Positions 25,261 to 36,496 of a stretch of DNA of 64,000 bases are shown here, one piece after another; position 1 is the stretch's first letter; every line of letters starts with the position of its first letter. The position numbers and the translations under genes were made by a program. The stretch spans positions 19,718,001 through 19,782,000 of the forward strand of contig NC_058383.1 in assembly GCF_018350175.1 (NCBI RefSeq). Reading direction: 5' to 3'. Source of the DNA: Felis catus (lineage: Eukaryota). The notes below the pieces were generated by a model. The model worked only from the letters and a program-made list of their open reading frames with translations. It had not been told where the DNA came from and made no database searches.

Positions 25261-25318
25261 CTGTGGATACTGTACCGCCCAGTATCAGTAACAATACTGA
25301 CTTGTTATTTAAGCACGT
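25261..25318 (-). pseudogene. Leader (signal-peptide)-like pseudo-exon
   Basis: 58 nt reading (ACG)CLNNKSVLLLILGGTVST-G followed by GT (phase 1). Start codon is ACG rather than ATG. Octamer ATGCAAAT at 25352-25359 just upstream. Confidence 0.5.
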
Positions 25319-26701
25319 TTACTTAAAAAGGAAGCTTTGAGGCCTGCTGAGATTTGCATATTAATGTTATGTCATGGTCTTTGTCATTAGCTTCCGTGGG
25401 CCCCCCAGTGTCCCCCCGTACCTGTGTCAGAACTGTCTCCTTTACGTGGCCCACGTGGCTGTGACCTTCACTGCCACCGGCGTGACCTGCTATTTTGTCA
25501 GCTCTAACCATGGGCTTAGAAATCTCTCTCTCTGTAGGAAGCCTGATACAGGTAAAGCTCAAGTGCCTTGGGATGTGATCCCCTCCTCTGTGTCTCCCTC
25601 CTGACGGTGGCTTTAGTCATCAGCCTAGTGGGTGTCTTTCCAGGCCTTTCTCCTGCAGTGTTGTTTCATTGGTTTCATTGTCGTTCCTAAGGTAAGTGGT
25701 ATCATATTGTCGGTTTTTATGATGGCTCCTTCTCATAAATCTGTTGAAGTTACTTTAATAAATGAAAACAGCAATAAATACTTCTTGTTTAGAAAAAGGA
25801 TCACAGTACACAGAAGGGTAATTCCAAGACGCAAAGCCGACTACGTCCTTTCTCTGCTTCCCACTCTGAAGGGCTGCCTGTGGCTCGCAGGGGAAGGTGA
25901 CACGTTGCCCTGGTCTCCGGGGCCCTGCGCCAGGGCTCCCGCCGCCCCTGCAGCTGGTGGACCCCAGGCCTCTTCCCTCCACTCACTGCAGCCCCGGGGC
26001 TCTGTCCGTACACCTCCTCCGTGGGCTGGTGGCCCCGGGCCGGGGGACTGGGCAGCGTGGAGGCGGGACAGCACACGGAGCCGGGAAGGGGCCGGAGCCA
26101 GCGAGCCCGCCCTCCTCTGCCCCTTGGCCTGGTCACCGAGTTAGGGGAGGCCGCTGGCACCTGCCTCGGAGGGCAGCTGGCAGGATGGACTCACGACTGT
26201 GACAAGCACCCAGCACAGCCTCTCACTGGGGGCCAGGGGTGGTGCTCAGTGTGAGCTGCTGCTCTCACCCTGCTTGTTGTGGGTCTTCACTGCCACCCGC
26301 GGTCCCCGGGCCCAGCACGTGGGGCCTGGCATGGGAGCGTTCGGTACGCGTCCGGATGGCGGATAAAGGGAAGATGGGATAGAGACGGACCCGGCACACG
26401 TGAGGCCGTGCGGGCACAGGCTCCGCGTGGGGAGGGGCGCGGAGCAGGGAATAGGGGGCGGCAGGCCGGGGGCTCCCAGCGAGGACAGGGAGAGCGCGGC
26501 AGGCTCCGACGCCGTTTCCCGGCCCTGCCTACGCACAGCGTCCTCCCCGTCTGCACACTCAGGGAGGAAGGGGCCACACAGACTGGCATCCACCCACGCG
26601 GGCTGGGCCCTCGCCTGCCTCTGGCTTGGCTGGCCTGCGCTGGGGTCGACGGAGTGGTTAAGATGGCCACACTTTCTTGACGCCATCCCGTTTCTCTCCA
26701 G

Positions 26702-26823
26702 GCACTGCCGCCGTGGAGGAGCTGGAGGACTTCATCAACAACATTAACAGCGTCTTGGAGTCGTTGTATATTGAGATTAAGAAAGGGGCCACCGAGGACG
26801 ACGGGAGACCTGTTTACGCGCTG
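26702..26823 (+). CDS. NSMCE1: NSMCE1 coding exon 2
   Basis: ctccag acceptor; (R)TAAVEELEDFINNINSVLESLYIEIKKGATEDDGRPVYAL; GTGAGT donor. Confidence 0.97.
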
Positions 26824-27687
26824 GTGAGTGCACGCCGGCGCCCTCTCGTGGCTCCCGTGAGGAATTGCGGGAGTGGGGGTGCCCCTGCCCCGGCAGCCCT
26901 GGAGCCGGGGACACGGACACAGCCTGGCCCCGCCTCCCCCTCCAGCCCCGGTTCCGGGTCACTGGTGCCACTGTACGAATCCTCTGCAGTGATCAGGGCC
27001 GGGGGCTGTCACCTCAGTGCTCACCTCCCTGCCCCTGCCTGAGACACTGCAGCACGCGTTTGGCTTTGTTTTGTCTGTCGACAGTTGGATGTAAGAAGTC
27101 ATCCCAAATGTATGGAACACTAGGATTAAAGGAGGAAAGCGGTTTCTCATTTGGAATAAGACACAGAGGCTGTGAGAAGAGAAACTGGGGGGGGGGCCCT
27201 GGGGACTGAGCCATTCGGGTTCCAGGAAGCCCCCCGCCAGAGAGCAAGGGGAAGCACAGGTGGGGCAGAACTGAGCACCTTAGACCATTGGAGTAGACGC
27301 GGCTTCCCCCCCCCGCCAGGCCCGCCCAGAGAGGGGCCGTAGCCAGGGGTTCCACACTGTTCCAGGGGAGAAGGGTCGTGGAGCTGAGTAACTGCGGAAA
27401 CGCCGCGGGCTTCGCAGCGCCTTTTGCATTTGAAGCTCCGTTAAGCGTGCAGACGAGTTCCCCAAATGTGTCCGATTTCGGAAGCTCCCGCACCGCCTCT
27501 GGGAATCTCCGAGAGTCGGGGATTCCGAGCTGGACGCCCAAGTCTGTAACGTGCGACTGGTCCCAAATCCGGGCCCTGTGGCCGACAGTGCCCGCACCCC
27601 GGCGCTCAGGGACTGGACAGAGGAGGGGGCTGGGCGAGCCGGCCAGTGAAGGGCGCCGCCTGACCGTCACGCTGACCTGTCTTTTAG

Positions 27688-27765
27688 GTGAATCTTGCAA
27701 CGACTCCGGTTTCCAAAATGGCCTCGGATTTTGCAGAGAACGAGCTGGATCTGTTTAGAAAGGCT
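27688..27765 (+). CDS. NSMCE1: NSMCE1 coding exon 3
   Basis: cttttag acceptor; VNLATTPVSKMASDFAENELDLFRKA; GTAAGT donor. Confidence 0.97.
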
Positions 27766-28989
27766 GTAAGTACAGTATGGTTGTTCATTGGCCGGGCTCG
27801 CGACGGGAAACTTGTCGTCTTCAGCGTTAGAAACGGAAACTGCCATCGTTAGAGGGTCACCGCCGCGGCCCCAGACGGCCATCTGCGGGGTCCCTGCCCA
27901 GCGCATCGCCTCCGGGCGCCGGCTCGGGAGGGCGCCGTGGCTGCCTGGGAGGGAGCTGTGAACCCCGGTCGGTGGAGCACCGGGCGTCTGGGTGTGTGGT
28001 GCAGGCAGGCGGACCGGCGTTCCCGCCTGGTGCTCGCCGCACCGGCCAGCCCCCAGCGGCGGCGGCCGAGGCGCCAGGGAGCTCGCTGGCAAGGCCGGAT
28101 CCCGGTCCCCGCCCGGCCCGCGGCCCGCGGCCGTCCGTGTTAACAAGGGCACCCCGTGGAACCCTTCCCGTCCGCATCGGAGAGGCACTGCTCTGCCTCC
28201 CCGGCTTCAGGGCTCTTCCCTCAGCCCCCTTGTCACTCACCCAGCTGAGCCCCGGGTCAAGGCGGTGCTTCTCAGCCCGGGCCGCGTTCCAGGAACCGGG
28301 AGGTAGGAGCGCCGAGACATCCGGTCTCGTCCACATCTGGCGGATCCGGGTCTCCGGTGACGGGTCCTAGAATCCTCCCTTTCGAGCCTCCTCTGACGGC
28401 AGTCGGCAGCCGAGGTCGAGGACCCGGCTGTGACGGCAGACGCTCCTGTGCGTGTGGAAAGCCGAAAGCCTGTCTTCCTGGTGGCCCCGTCCCGCTGTGA
28501 GCAGTCTCGGGGGCGGTGCCCGGCAGCCCCTCCTGGCCCGGGCTCCGGCGTCTCTGCCGCTCCCGAGTGGGCCTGCGCCCTGGCTCGCCCGGGCTTTGCT
28601 TTCTCGCCCTCCCTGCCTCCAGCCAGCCCCTCGGCCCCCGCTCTCCTGCCCGCGTTTGAGTAGACGGGTGCCGCCTCGTCATCCACTCGTTCATCCCTCG
28701 GCCTCTCTGCCTTCGGGGAGGTGGGGGCAAGGGGGCCGATTCTGTATCCGGAGGCCTGAGGATCATCCATCTGGCATGGTGTCACAGGGTGACCGTTGAG
28801 ACAGAGGGACTGACCATGGTCACGGCTGTTGTTGTTCGCTACTAAACTGTCTTCCTGAAGGATTGTTCCAGGGCTCAGCTCTGCCCGTGATTGGTAGTTT
28901 CGCGGCGCCCCTGCCAGGATCGGTGTTATTGCTTAAACGTTGTTTTTGCCGATTTAATAGATGAACGTGGTACCTGCTGTTTCTTCCAG

Positions 28990-29136
28990 TTGGAACTGAT
29001 TATTGATTCGGAAACTGGCTTTGCGTCCTCCACAAATATTTTGAACCTGGTCGATCAACTTAAAGGCAAGAAGATGAGGAAGAAGGAAGCAGAGCAGGTG
29101 CTGCAGAAGTTTGTACAAAACAAATGGCTGATCGAG
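28990..29136 (+). CDS. NSMCE1: NSMCE1 coding exon 4
   Basis: ttccag acceptor; LELIIDSETGFASSTNILNLVDQLKGKKMRKKEAEQVLQKFVQNKWLIE; GTACGG donor. Confidence 0.97.
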
Positions 29137-31521
29137 GTACGGTGTCCAGCGGCTTCCCCAGCCTGGCTCGCCGTTCAGACCGGATAGCAAATTCTCCCCC
29201 CGAACCGTATCGTATCCGGTGGTCCGCTGAGCCGGGCCCTCTCGGGCCCCTCGTCTGCCTTAACGCCGGCCGTGATGGTACGAGAAGGGCTCGGGGCCTC
29301 CCGCTCACTCACGTCACGTGTCCAGGAGGCCTGGCCGGAAGCGCAGAGCACGCGCCACCCGGGCTCGAGCCCCCGGTCCACAGAGGCGGGTCCGTGTGCA
29401 CCGTGGGTGAGGGCGCCGCTCTGGCGTTGGGCCTGGGACCCGGTGAGGTGGCCTGGAGCCCCTCTCCTGTAGGAGAGGAGGAGGAGTGTCCCCTCGGGGC
29501 GGGGATGGGACGGCAGATGGCCAGAGCCTGGTGCCGGGGTCCCAGGGCAGCTGCTGCCACCGTCAAGGTTATCGGTGGTTGTTATCGTCGGTGTTCGTTA
29601 TTCGGGGCTAGCGCCCTCGAGTCCTCTCAGGGAGCCGGTGGCCCGCCGGAGCAGGGAGGACGTGTGGGTGAACTGCCGGAGAGGAGCCGCGGCGCCCGGG
29701 AAGGGACCAGACCGCCCTGCACACTCGCGGTTCGAGACCCCCCACGTCCGCTTCTGCTGACCGGAGCGGGGCAGACGTCTCCGTGCTTTCCCACACAAGG
29801 CGAGACCTTCGCCCGGAAACCCGAGCCAGACGGACGCAGCTCTCGCTCACCGCGGCCTGTGCCCGCGCACAGTGCGCTCGGGTCAGCCTTCGGCTTCCTC
29901 GCTCGGCGGCCAGACCGTGGCCGGGGACCACTGCTCATGGCCGACGCGATGGTTCCTTTCCAGGGAGGGCCCGCCTCCAGTGGCCGGAGCTGCGGCGCTC
30001 TGGGCCGTTGCCCTCTGACGGGGCGGCCGTCCTGTACCGAGTGCCGCCGATTACTGAGTGCACAAGTGCTCGGCTCCCGAGGTGCTTTCCTGACCGGAGG
30101 GGAGGCCGGACGGGCCACAGAGCTGCGGACAGGGGCGCCAGGGCGGGGTGCCGGTGCCATGGCCACGGGTCCCCTGCTGCCCCGCAGAGACGGAGAGCCC
30201 CTCTGCTTTGGTTTTAGCTGAACAAACCGCAGCTCCGTGGTCTGGCTGGCGTCCTGCACCCGGCCCTCGTCTGGGTGACTGCAGCTCCCTACCGATTGCT
30301 TTGTCATGGGTTTCCTTCCCCTTGGGGGCGTCTGGCAGTACGGAACATTCTCGGGCGGCTCGTGTGATAACTGGCTGAGCTGGGTCAGACCGCACAAGTG
30401 TTTAAGGACAGAGGCTGGCACCCTCGACTTGTTCACTGTGCCTTGTTGCACCTGTAGGCGCGCTATAAACTCTTGCTGAGGGGATGGCCACATAGGTAAG
30501 GGACGTGCCAGAGGGACAGAATTTACGTAAAACTTGCCAAAAACTATACCAAGAAATGCTCGCTCCTCAGACGAAGAGGAGATGGTAATTGACCTTCGTG
30601 AAGAAACACGCTGGAGTCACCTGGTGTTCCACCCCGAGCTGTTCCAGTAGCCGCCGTGCACCTGCTTTGGCCCCGCGAGTTACCCTGTCGCGATGGCAGG
30701 GGCCGGAGGCGGGTGGTCGGGGGTCTGGGAGAGGTCCTGAGGTGGCCCAGCTAAACCACGGATCCTCGAAGCGTGGGTGTGCTGACAGCCAGCGTCCGCA
30801 TGTCGCAGGGACCGGCCCGATGCGAGGCCTGAGCTCAGATTGTAGTGGTGAGGCGAGGCCTGGGAGATCTCGGGAGTCTTGGTCTTTTGGGTGGGGTGGC
30901 GGGGCACCTCACCTGCCCCTGCCCCTCCCTGTGACGCCCCGAGGCGAGTAGGGTCAGGAACAATAAGCACTGGGCATGGTTTCAGGCGCGGGGTAGATGT
31001 TGAGTAAACGTGTCTTGGGCCCGACTGTGAACTCGAACTTTTCACTGGGGCCCAGAGCAATCCTCCGTGGTCCCCACGCAGGGTCGACTTCGTCTTCCCT
31101 CAGAGGCTTATCACGGGACCACCAAGCACCTAGCCCCAAGGCGCAGGGCACACGAGCACGTCCCCACAAGAGCAGAACCGGGCCTGGTGTGGCAGTCACA
31201 GTTCGCCCCGTGGGGAGACTGCCTCCCTCCCCTCTCCACCGTGTCCTCACCGTGGGAGGGGGCCACCCGCGGACTCGGGATCCACGCCCGTTGAGGCACG
31301 GGTTCGAGGAACCCTCCTCGGGTCCCTTTTGGGTCTTGGCCCAAGTCCTTCCACGCGTGAGGCTCTGCCGAGGGGCCGGCGCGGACAGCCCTCGGCGGGG
31401 CAGGCGGACGCCGGCCGTGCGAGGGGCACCCGGCCCCGTGAGCTCGCCGGACCCGCGGGGCTGCGGGACCGCCGGGAGGGGAAGGGGCTCGAGAGCTCAC
31501 CGCCCCCCGCCGTGCCTGCAG

Positions 31522-31638
31522 AAAGAAGGGGAGTTCACGCTGCACAGCCGGGCCATCCTCGAGATGGAGCAGTACATCCGGGAGACGTACCCCGACGCCG
31601 TGAAGACCTGCAACATCTGCCACGGCCTCCTCATCCAG
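31522..31638 (+). CDS. NSMCE1: NSMCE1 coding exon 5 (start of RING-like domain)
   Basis: ctgcag acceptor; KEGEFTLHSRAILEMEQYIRETYPDAVKTCNICHGLLIQ; GTACCC donor. Confidence 0.97.
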
Positions 31639-32055
31639 GTACCCGCGGGCCCCGCCCCCGCACGAGCAGACCCAGGCATCCGAAGGGTCTGGGGCCACCA
31701 CGACATAGCCCGCCTTGCCTCCTCTCGCCCCGGGTCCCCCGGGTCCAGTCCCGGGGCGCGCTTGATTTTGTTTTCCCCCGGAAGGGCTCTCAGGAGCCTG
31801 GTGTAGCCCGCGTGGCCTGGCAGTGGCGTGGCCGGCGACCCGCCGCGTCGGGCCCTGTTTTGTGTCGCGCTGCCTGCCTGGCGGGGCACGTTCGGGGCTC
31901 CTCCCCTCCCTCCCCCTCCCCCCCCCCCCCCCCCCCCCCCGGTCTCTCTCTACGGTTGTCAGCTCCGTTCCCGTGAGCCTCTGTGCACCTGTACCCTGGG
32001 CCACTTGGTGATTATTTCCCTGGGCCGGAATTTCTGGAACAGAGTACACGGTTGC

Positions 32056-32270
32056 TTTTTTTTTTTTTAAGTTTTATAGCTTTATTTCTTCGAGAGCGAG
32101 AGGGATGCAAGGCGGAGGGGCAGAGAGGGAGGGAGAGCGAGAATCCCAAGCAGGCTCCAGGCCGTGGGCACAGAGCCCGACGTGGGGCTTGAACGCACGA
32201 ACCGTGAGCTCGAGCCCTGAGCCGAAACCAAAGAGGCGGTCACCTAACCGACTGGGCCACCCGGGCGCCC
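32056..32270 (-). mobile_element. Can-SINE in NSMCE1 intron
   Basis: T tail, (GA)n and reverse head. Confidence 0.88.
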
Positions 32271-32615
32271 CCCCTCCCCCAACGTGTTTTCGTAAAGCCT
32301 CCGACCCACGTCCAAAAAGCCGGAGGCGTGAGGGCCGCGTGCACCGGGACCCCGCGTTTCTGAGGCGGCCTGGCCGTGCCGCTGCGCTCCGGCCTGTAGC
32401 ATCCTGAGCGCCCTCTGCCTGCGTGCGTGCGAGGGACTCTCTAATAAAAGTTCCTAGAAGCCCTCGCGCTGAGGGCCTCGGGGTCATCGTCACCCGTCTG
32501 TGGCCCGAAAGACCGCACTCCGGAGCCTGCCGGCCGTCCTGCCCGCTGATCGCCGGAGGCGCGTGTGCCCGTGGAGGCGCGCGCGGCCGCTCAGCCCTCG
32601 CCTTTCTGGTTTCAG

Positions 32616-32736
32616 GGGCAAAGCTGCGAGACCTGCGGCATCAGGATGCACCTGCCGTGCGTCGCCAAGTATTTCCAGTCCGCCCCGGAGCCGCGCTGCC
32701 CCCACTGTAACGACTACTGGCCCCACGAGATACCAG
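32616..32736 (+). CDS. NSMCE1: NSMCE1 coding exon 6 (RING-like domain)
   Basis: tttcag acceptor; [46 protein letters not shown] donor, phase 1. Confidence 0.97.
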
Positions 32737-33130
32737 GTTCGCGTCCCTCAGGTGCTCGGGGGCGGGGCGAAGGGGGGGGGGGACATCCGGGGACGGGGAG
32801 CCCTCAGGTGAGGGCTCCGCCCGTGTGGGTCTGTCCGCGGGTCCCCGGCCCTCCAGGGGAAGCCGCTCCCGCAGTAAGCAGACGCCTGTGTTGGCACACG
32901 CCTGCAGGGGCCCTCAGAACGCAGCGGAAACCCCCTGGCTCAGGAGGCCCATGAGGGTCTGGTCTAGACGAGACACCCCCACCCCCGGCCCCGCCCCCGG
33001 CAGCTGCGTGCGGGTGGGAGGTGAAGGCGGTGCCCATCCCTCCCCGGCCGCGGTGCCGGGTCAGCAGGGCGGGCCGAGGCCGCCACCTGCCCTGCCGCTC
33101 ACGGTATCTTCCGGCCTCTTCCGTGTACAG

Positions 33131-33210
33131 AAGTCTTCAACCCCGACAAGGAGCGGGAGGCCGGGACCTCCAAGGCGAACAAAAAGCCCTCGCGGTCCAG
33201 GCAGCACTAG
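33131..33210 (+). CDS. NSMCE1: NSMCE1 last coding exon
   Basis: gtacag acceptor; (E)VFNPDKEREAGTSKANKKPSRSRQH*. Spliced CDS is 771 nt = 256 aa + stop, frame consistent across all junctions. Confidence 0.95.
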
Positions 33211-33304
33211 CTGGCGGGCCCTGTTCGGAAGAGAAGCGTCAGCGTCTCCCGTCGCATCGAGTCCCCTTGCTGCTTCGTGTTCGCTCGCTCGTTAGCAGGT
33301 CTGG

Positions 33305-33310
33305 AATAAA
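33305..33310 (+). terminator. NSMCE1: NSMCE1 polyadenylation signal
   Basis: AATAAA ~95 nt after the stop codon, with GU-rich gtctgtggttgtg ~30 nt downstream. Confidence 0.8.
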
Positions 33311-36153
33311 AGTTGCTAAGGAGTCGTGGCTGCGGCCTCAGTCTGTGGTTGTGCGGGTCGAGCGCCCCCAGAGGAAGCTTCACGCCTGGCCCTTCCCTTC
33401 CTGGGCTCCCCCTTAACTGAGAGCCCGCCTGGGGGGTTCGGGAGCGTCGGGCAGGTAACGGAGAGCGTCCCCACCGACTTACTCAGAGAAGGTGTTTCTT
33501 GGGATGTACGCGGAAGCTGGTGGAGATGACCGGAAGGCAGGAAAACCAGCGGAGAAAAGACCGGCCTTGGAACCGGGGGCCTGGAAGGGCTGGGCAGTTC
33601 AGACAGCCCGCTGCCTGCCTGCCTGGCCAGGTGCTTTGGCCCTCGAGGAAGGGCAGGGTCGTCGCACCCAGGTGCAGACAAATCCCAGCCTTCAGGAAGC
33701 CCTGAGCACCTGGTCCCTGGGGACATTCCCCCCCCCCCCCCCCCCCAGCTTCCGGTCTCCCCTGCATTGATTCCAACGTGAACTTCCCGAAGACTCCTAC
33801 CAAAACCCTCAAGCGCAATTCTCGAGACCCTGCCTGATGCTCCAGGTTTTGGACATCGGGCCGTTGCCCGCCTCCCCGCACAGCCCGTCTTCGCTCGGCT
33901 CCCTGCCGACACCGCTCGCTCGGTCACTGGACCGGCGACGCTCACGGCTGTCCCGCTTCCTGGGGCCTCCCCTTCCGGCCCTTGTCACACAACAGCACGC
34001 AGACCTGTCTCCCTGGCCCGGCGCCCTCGTCCGTCCCAGTGCTGGCTGCACCGGGCCCCCTCTGGCCACCCAGTTCCCTCTGCTCCTCCTGCACGGCTCC
34101 TTCCTCTCCCCCGAGGGCCGGGCCTTCCTGCCCCAGGGCTGCTGCACCTGCTGCGGGGAGGTCCCCCTCAAACCTCACTGCCAGTTTGGGTGTCCCGGTC
34201 ATTCTGGCTTATTCACATGTCGTCTACGGTAAATCGTGTCCCCGTCACCCTGTTCCGTTTCCTTCGTGGCACTCGTCACTACCTGCACCGTCGCCCTCCG
34301 GACCCCCCGGGCCCTCGTGACCACCAGGGCGGGCCCCATCCGGCCGGAGACCATGCGTGCCTGTGTGGGACCGGGTCCCGAGCAGGTCCCTGTGTCTCGG
34401 GTGGATGGGTGGGTGACGCGGCCTCGTGCCTGCCCCTCCTCGGTGGTGCCAGCAGCCGGCGAGCACTCATTCCCAGTGGACCTTCGCCCATGTTCCTCGG
34501 GACTGAAGCAGCCCTCTGCTAGCCTGGCTGGTGCTGCCGGCAGCCCGGGAGCCTTGCCCGGAGAGCACGCGAAGGTTTTATCTTTTGCCGTCTTGCCACC
34601 AAACAAGGGACGTCTGCTACAGGTGGCCGGGCGTCCGTACCGTGCTTTAACGCCCAAATCCTCGTCCCTAACTTCAGAATCCCTACGTTACAGACGGGCC
34701 TCTGCTCGTCAACAGCGGCTTGGAGCAGAAGCGGGGGGCCGGCCGGCCGGCCGTCACGGGTAAGGCGCTGGAGCCACACGGCCGCCCTTCGGGTGGGGAG
34801 GGGTGTCAGTGACGCGGTCAAGTCCCCGCCGTTCCTCACGGACAGCCAGTGAACCAGACACAGTGGCAGCCCTAGTTTATGCCTCGATACCTTTGCCATC
34901 TGGTATTAATTCATCTGCAGAATTTGGCAAATAACTGTTAACGCCAGACAGGGGAGCAAGCAGTCCCCACAGAGCCCTCGATTTCACTTCCAAAATAGCT
35001 CGTCTTCGCCTCTGCCCACCGTGCCCAGTGCTGCACCCCGACCGCACACCCCCTCCTGCAGGAGTCAGCGTGTGCCCGACCCCCTGCCCGCCAACGCCTC
35101 CCCCGTTCCGTGCATATTCTGACGGGGTCCCGCTCGACTCGAGCCCCCGGACCTACATGATGAAGCTCCGATGCTCTGGCCTGGTGGCAGAGGACGCGAG
35201 TGGCTAGCGTCCGGCTGCCCACCGACGCTTCCCTGTCCCTCTTGGTCACCTGCGGTGTGTGTTAGCCCCAACCCGGGCGGCCAGGCTCCGGCTCCAGGAA
35301 CTCGTGGGTCCCGGGCCCACCCGAATCTTCCCTGGGGCCTCTGAGCCTGAGGGCCCCGGCGCTGCAGGGACGCGGAGCTGGCCCCCCGGGCGGAAGGCTC
35401 TCTGCGGGAAAGAACGAATGAGACCGAGGGGCAGGAGGGGGGCCGCCGGGGGCCGTGGATGGCTGTTTCTCGACTGGGGAACTGGCTACCGGGAGGGTGC
35501 ATGTTGAAAATTCGGCAGGCTAGGAGAGGCAGGCACCTCCCTGCAGGCAGGTCAGGCCTCTGTAACGACAGGACCCTCCCCCGTGATCTGCACCGCCTCT
35601 CCAGTCCGCGGACAGTGGTGCAGTCACGACGAACAAGTAGGTGGCAATCCTAGTGATTATTAGCAGCGAGCGTTCACGGACCCGCAGGGGCCCTGCACCA
35701 GCACCGTCCCTGGAATTCTCTGTGGTGGGGGTTCGGGCTGCCGTTTCCCAGATGGAGACCCACCCACGAGGTTTCCGCCCCAAATCTGACGCCGCAGTTA
35801 AGCCACGGGGCTGGGTTGGAATCCAGGCAGCCGACCTCAGAGCCCACCCTCTACCGCTGCCCACACTGCCTGCCCGCGTCCCAACCGCATCCGGCTTTAG
35901 GAGGCCCACGGTCTCCATGCAGAGCGTCCTTCTGGGGTCCCGCCCGCCGGCCTCTGCCGCGCATCCCTGGCCGGAACGTGCGCCTTGCCGGGCCCCGCGT
36001 CCGCCTGGCACGCAGACCGGCGCCCGGTGAGGGCTTTGGCACAGGTGGGTCTGGCTTCTCTCTAGATGCCGGGACCCAGCCCCAGGCCGGGCGTGGGGCA
36101 GGGAACGCGTGAATCCGTGACTGCCGTTGGCATCTCAGACCCTTTCGCCCTGG

Positions 36154-36318
36154 CTACGACCACCAGAAGCTGACGGAGAAGCTCAAGTCCAGAGCCCGCA
36201 CGTAATGCCAGTATTTAACCGGGATGAACAGGATCTCTCCGGGAGACAGGATGCAGGACAGGAACGGGGCCTCGGCAAACTTGGGGAACTTCTCCAAGTC
36301 GGGGTTCTCCACGTCAAC
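36154..36318 (-). CDS. KDM8: KDM8 last coding exon
   Basis: cttcag acceptor; [54 protein letters not shown]. Spliced CDS is 1245 nt = 414 aa + stop. Confidence 0.97.
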   Translation of the reverse strand, partial: VDVENPDLEKFPKFAEAPFLSCILSPGEILFIPVKYWHYVRALDLSFSVSFWWS

Positions 36319-36403
36319 CTGAAGAAAACACTTGCCAGGTCTCCAGAGACAGGGCGGGGAGGGGGGGAAGCTGCAGCGTCACCCGGGTTCCCTGCGTACC
36401 CAC

Positions 36404-36496
36404 CTGGCTCGTGTTGTGAAGAAGATGTGTGTCGTGTGGATATAAAGCCTCTGACTCCTGCGGCGAATACAGCCGGATGTACTTCCTCCCCGTCAC
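36404..36496 (-). CDS. KDM8: KDM8 coding exon 6
   Basis: tcgcag acceptor; [37 protein letters not shown] donor; followed by an 85-nt intron. Confidence 0.97.

Larger units (their letters stand above)
9304..25360 (-). pseudogene. Putative nested, unprocessed multi-Ig-domain (IgSF) receptor pseudogene, antisense in NSMCE1 intron 2
   Basis: Colinear same-strand set of leader-like, Ig-like and TM-like exon remnants with splice-site relics, stops and frameshifts. Individual exons are listed below. Confidence 0.6.

Noticed and set aside
29124..30493. Long overlapping ORFs (365 aa + and 288 aa -) in an NSMCE1 intron
   Set aside because: Low-complexity G/P/R/A composition, expected from stop-codon scarcity in very GC-rich DNA; no recognisable domain.
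31111..32049. 312-aa minus-strand ORF
   Set aside because: Antisense shadow of an NSMCE1 exon plus GC-rich intron and a poly-C run.
33128..33133. NAGNAG (CAGAAG) acceptor at the last NSMCE1 exon
   Set aside because: Common motif; at most a one-residue difference and no evidence of use.
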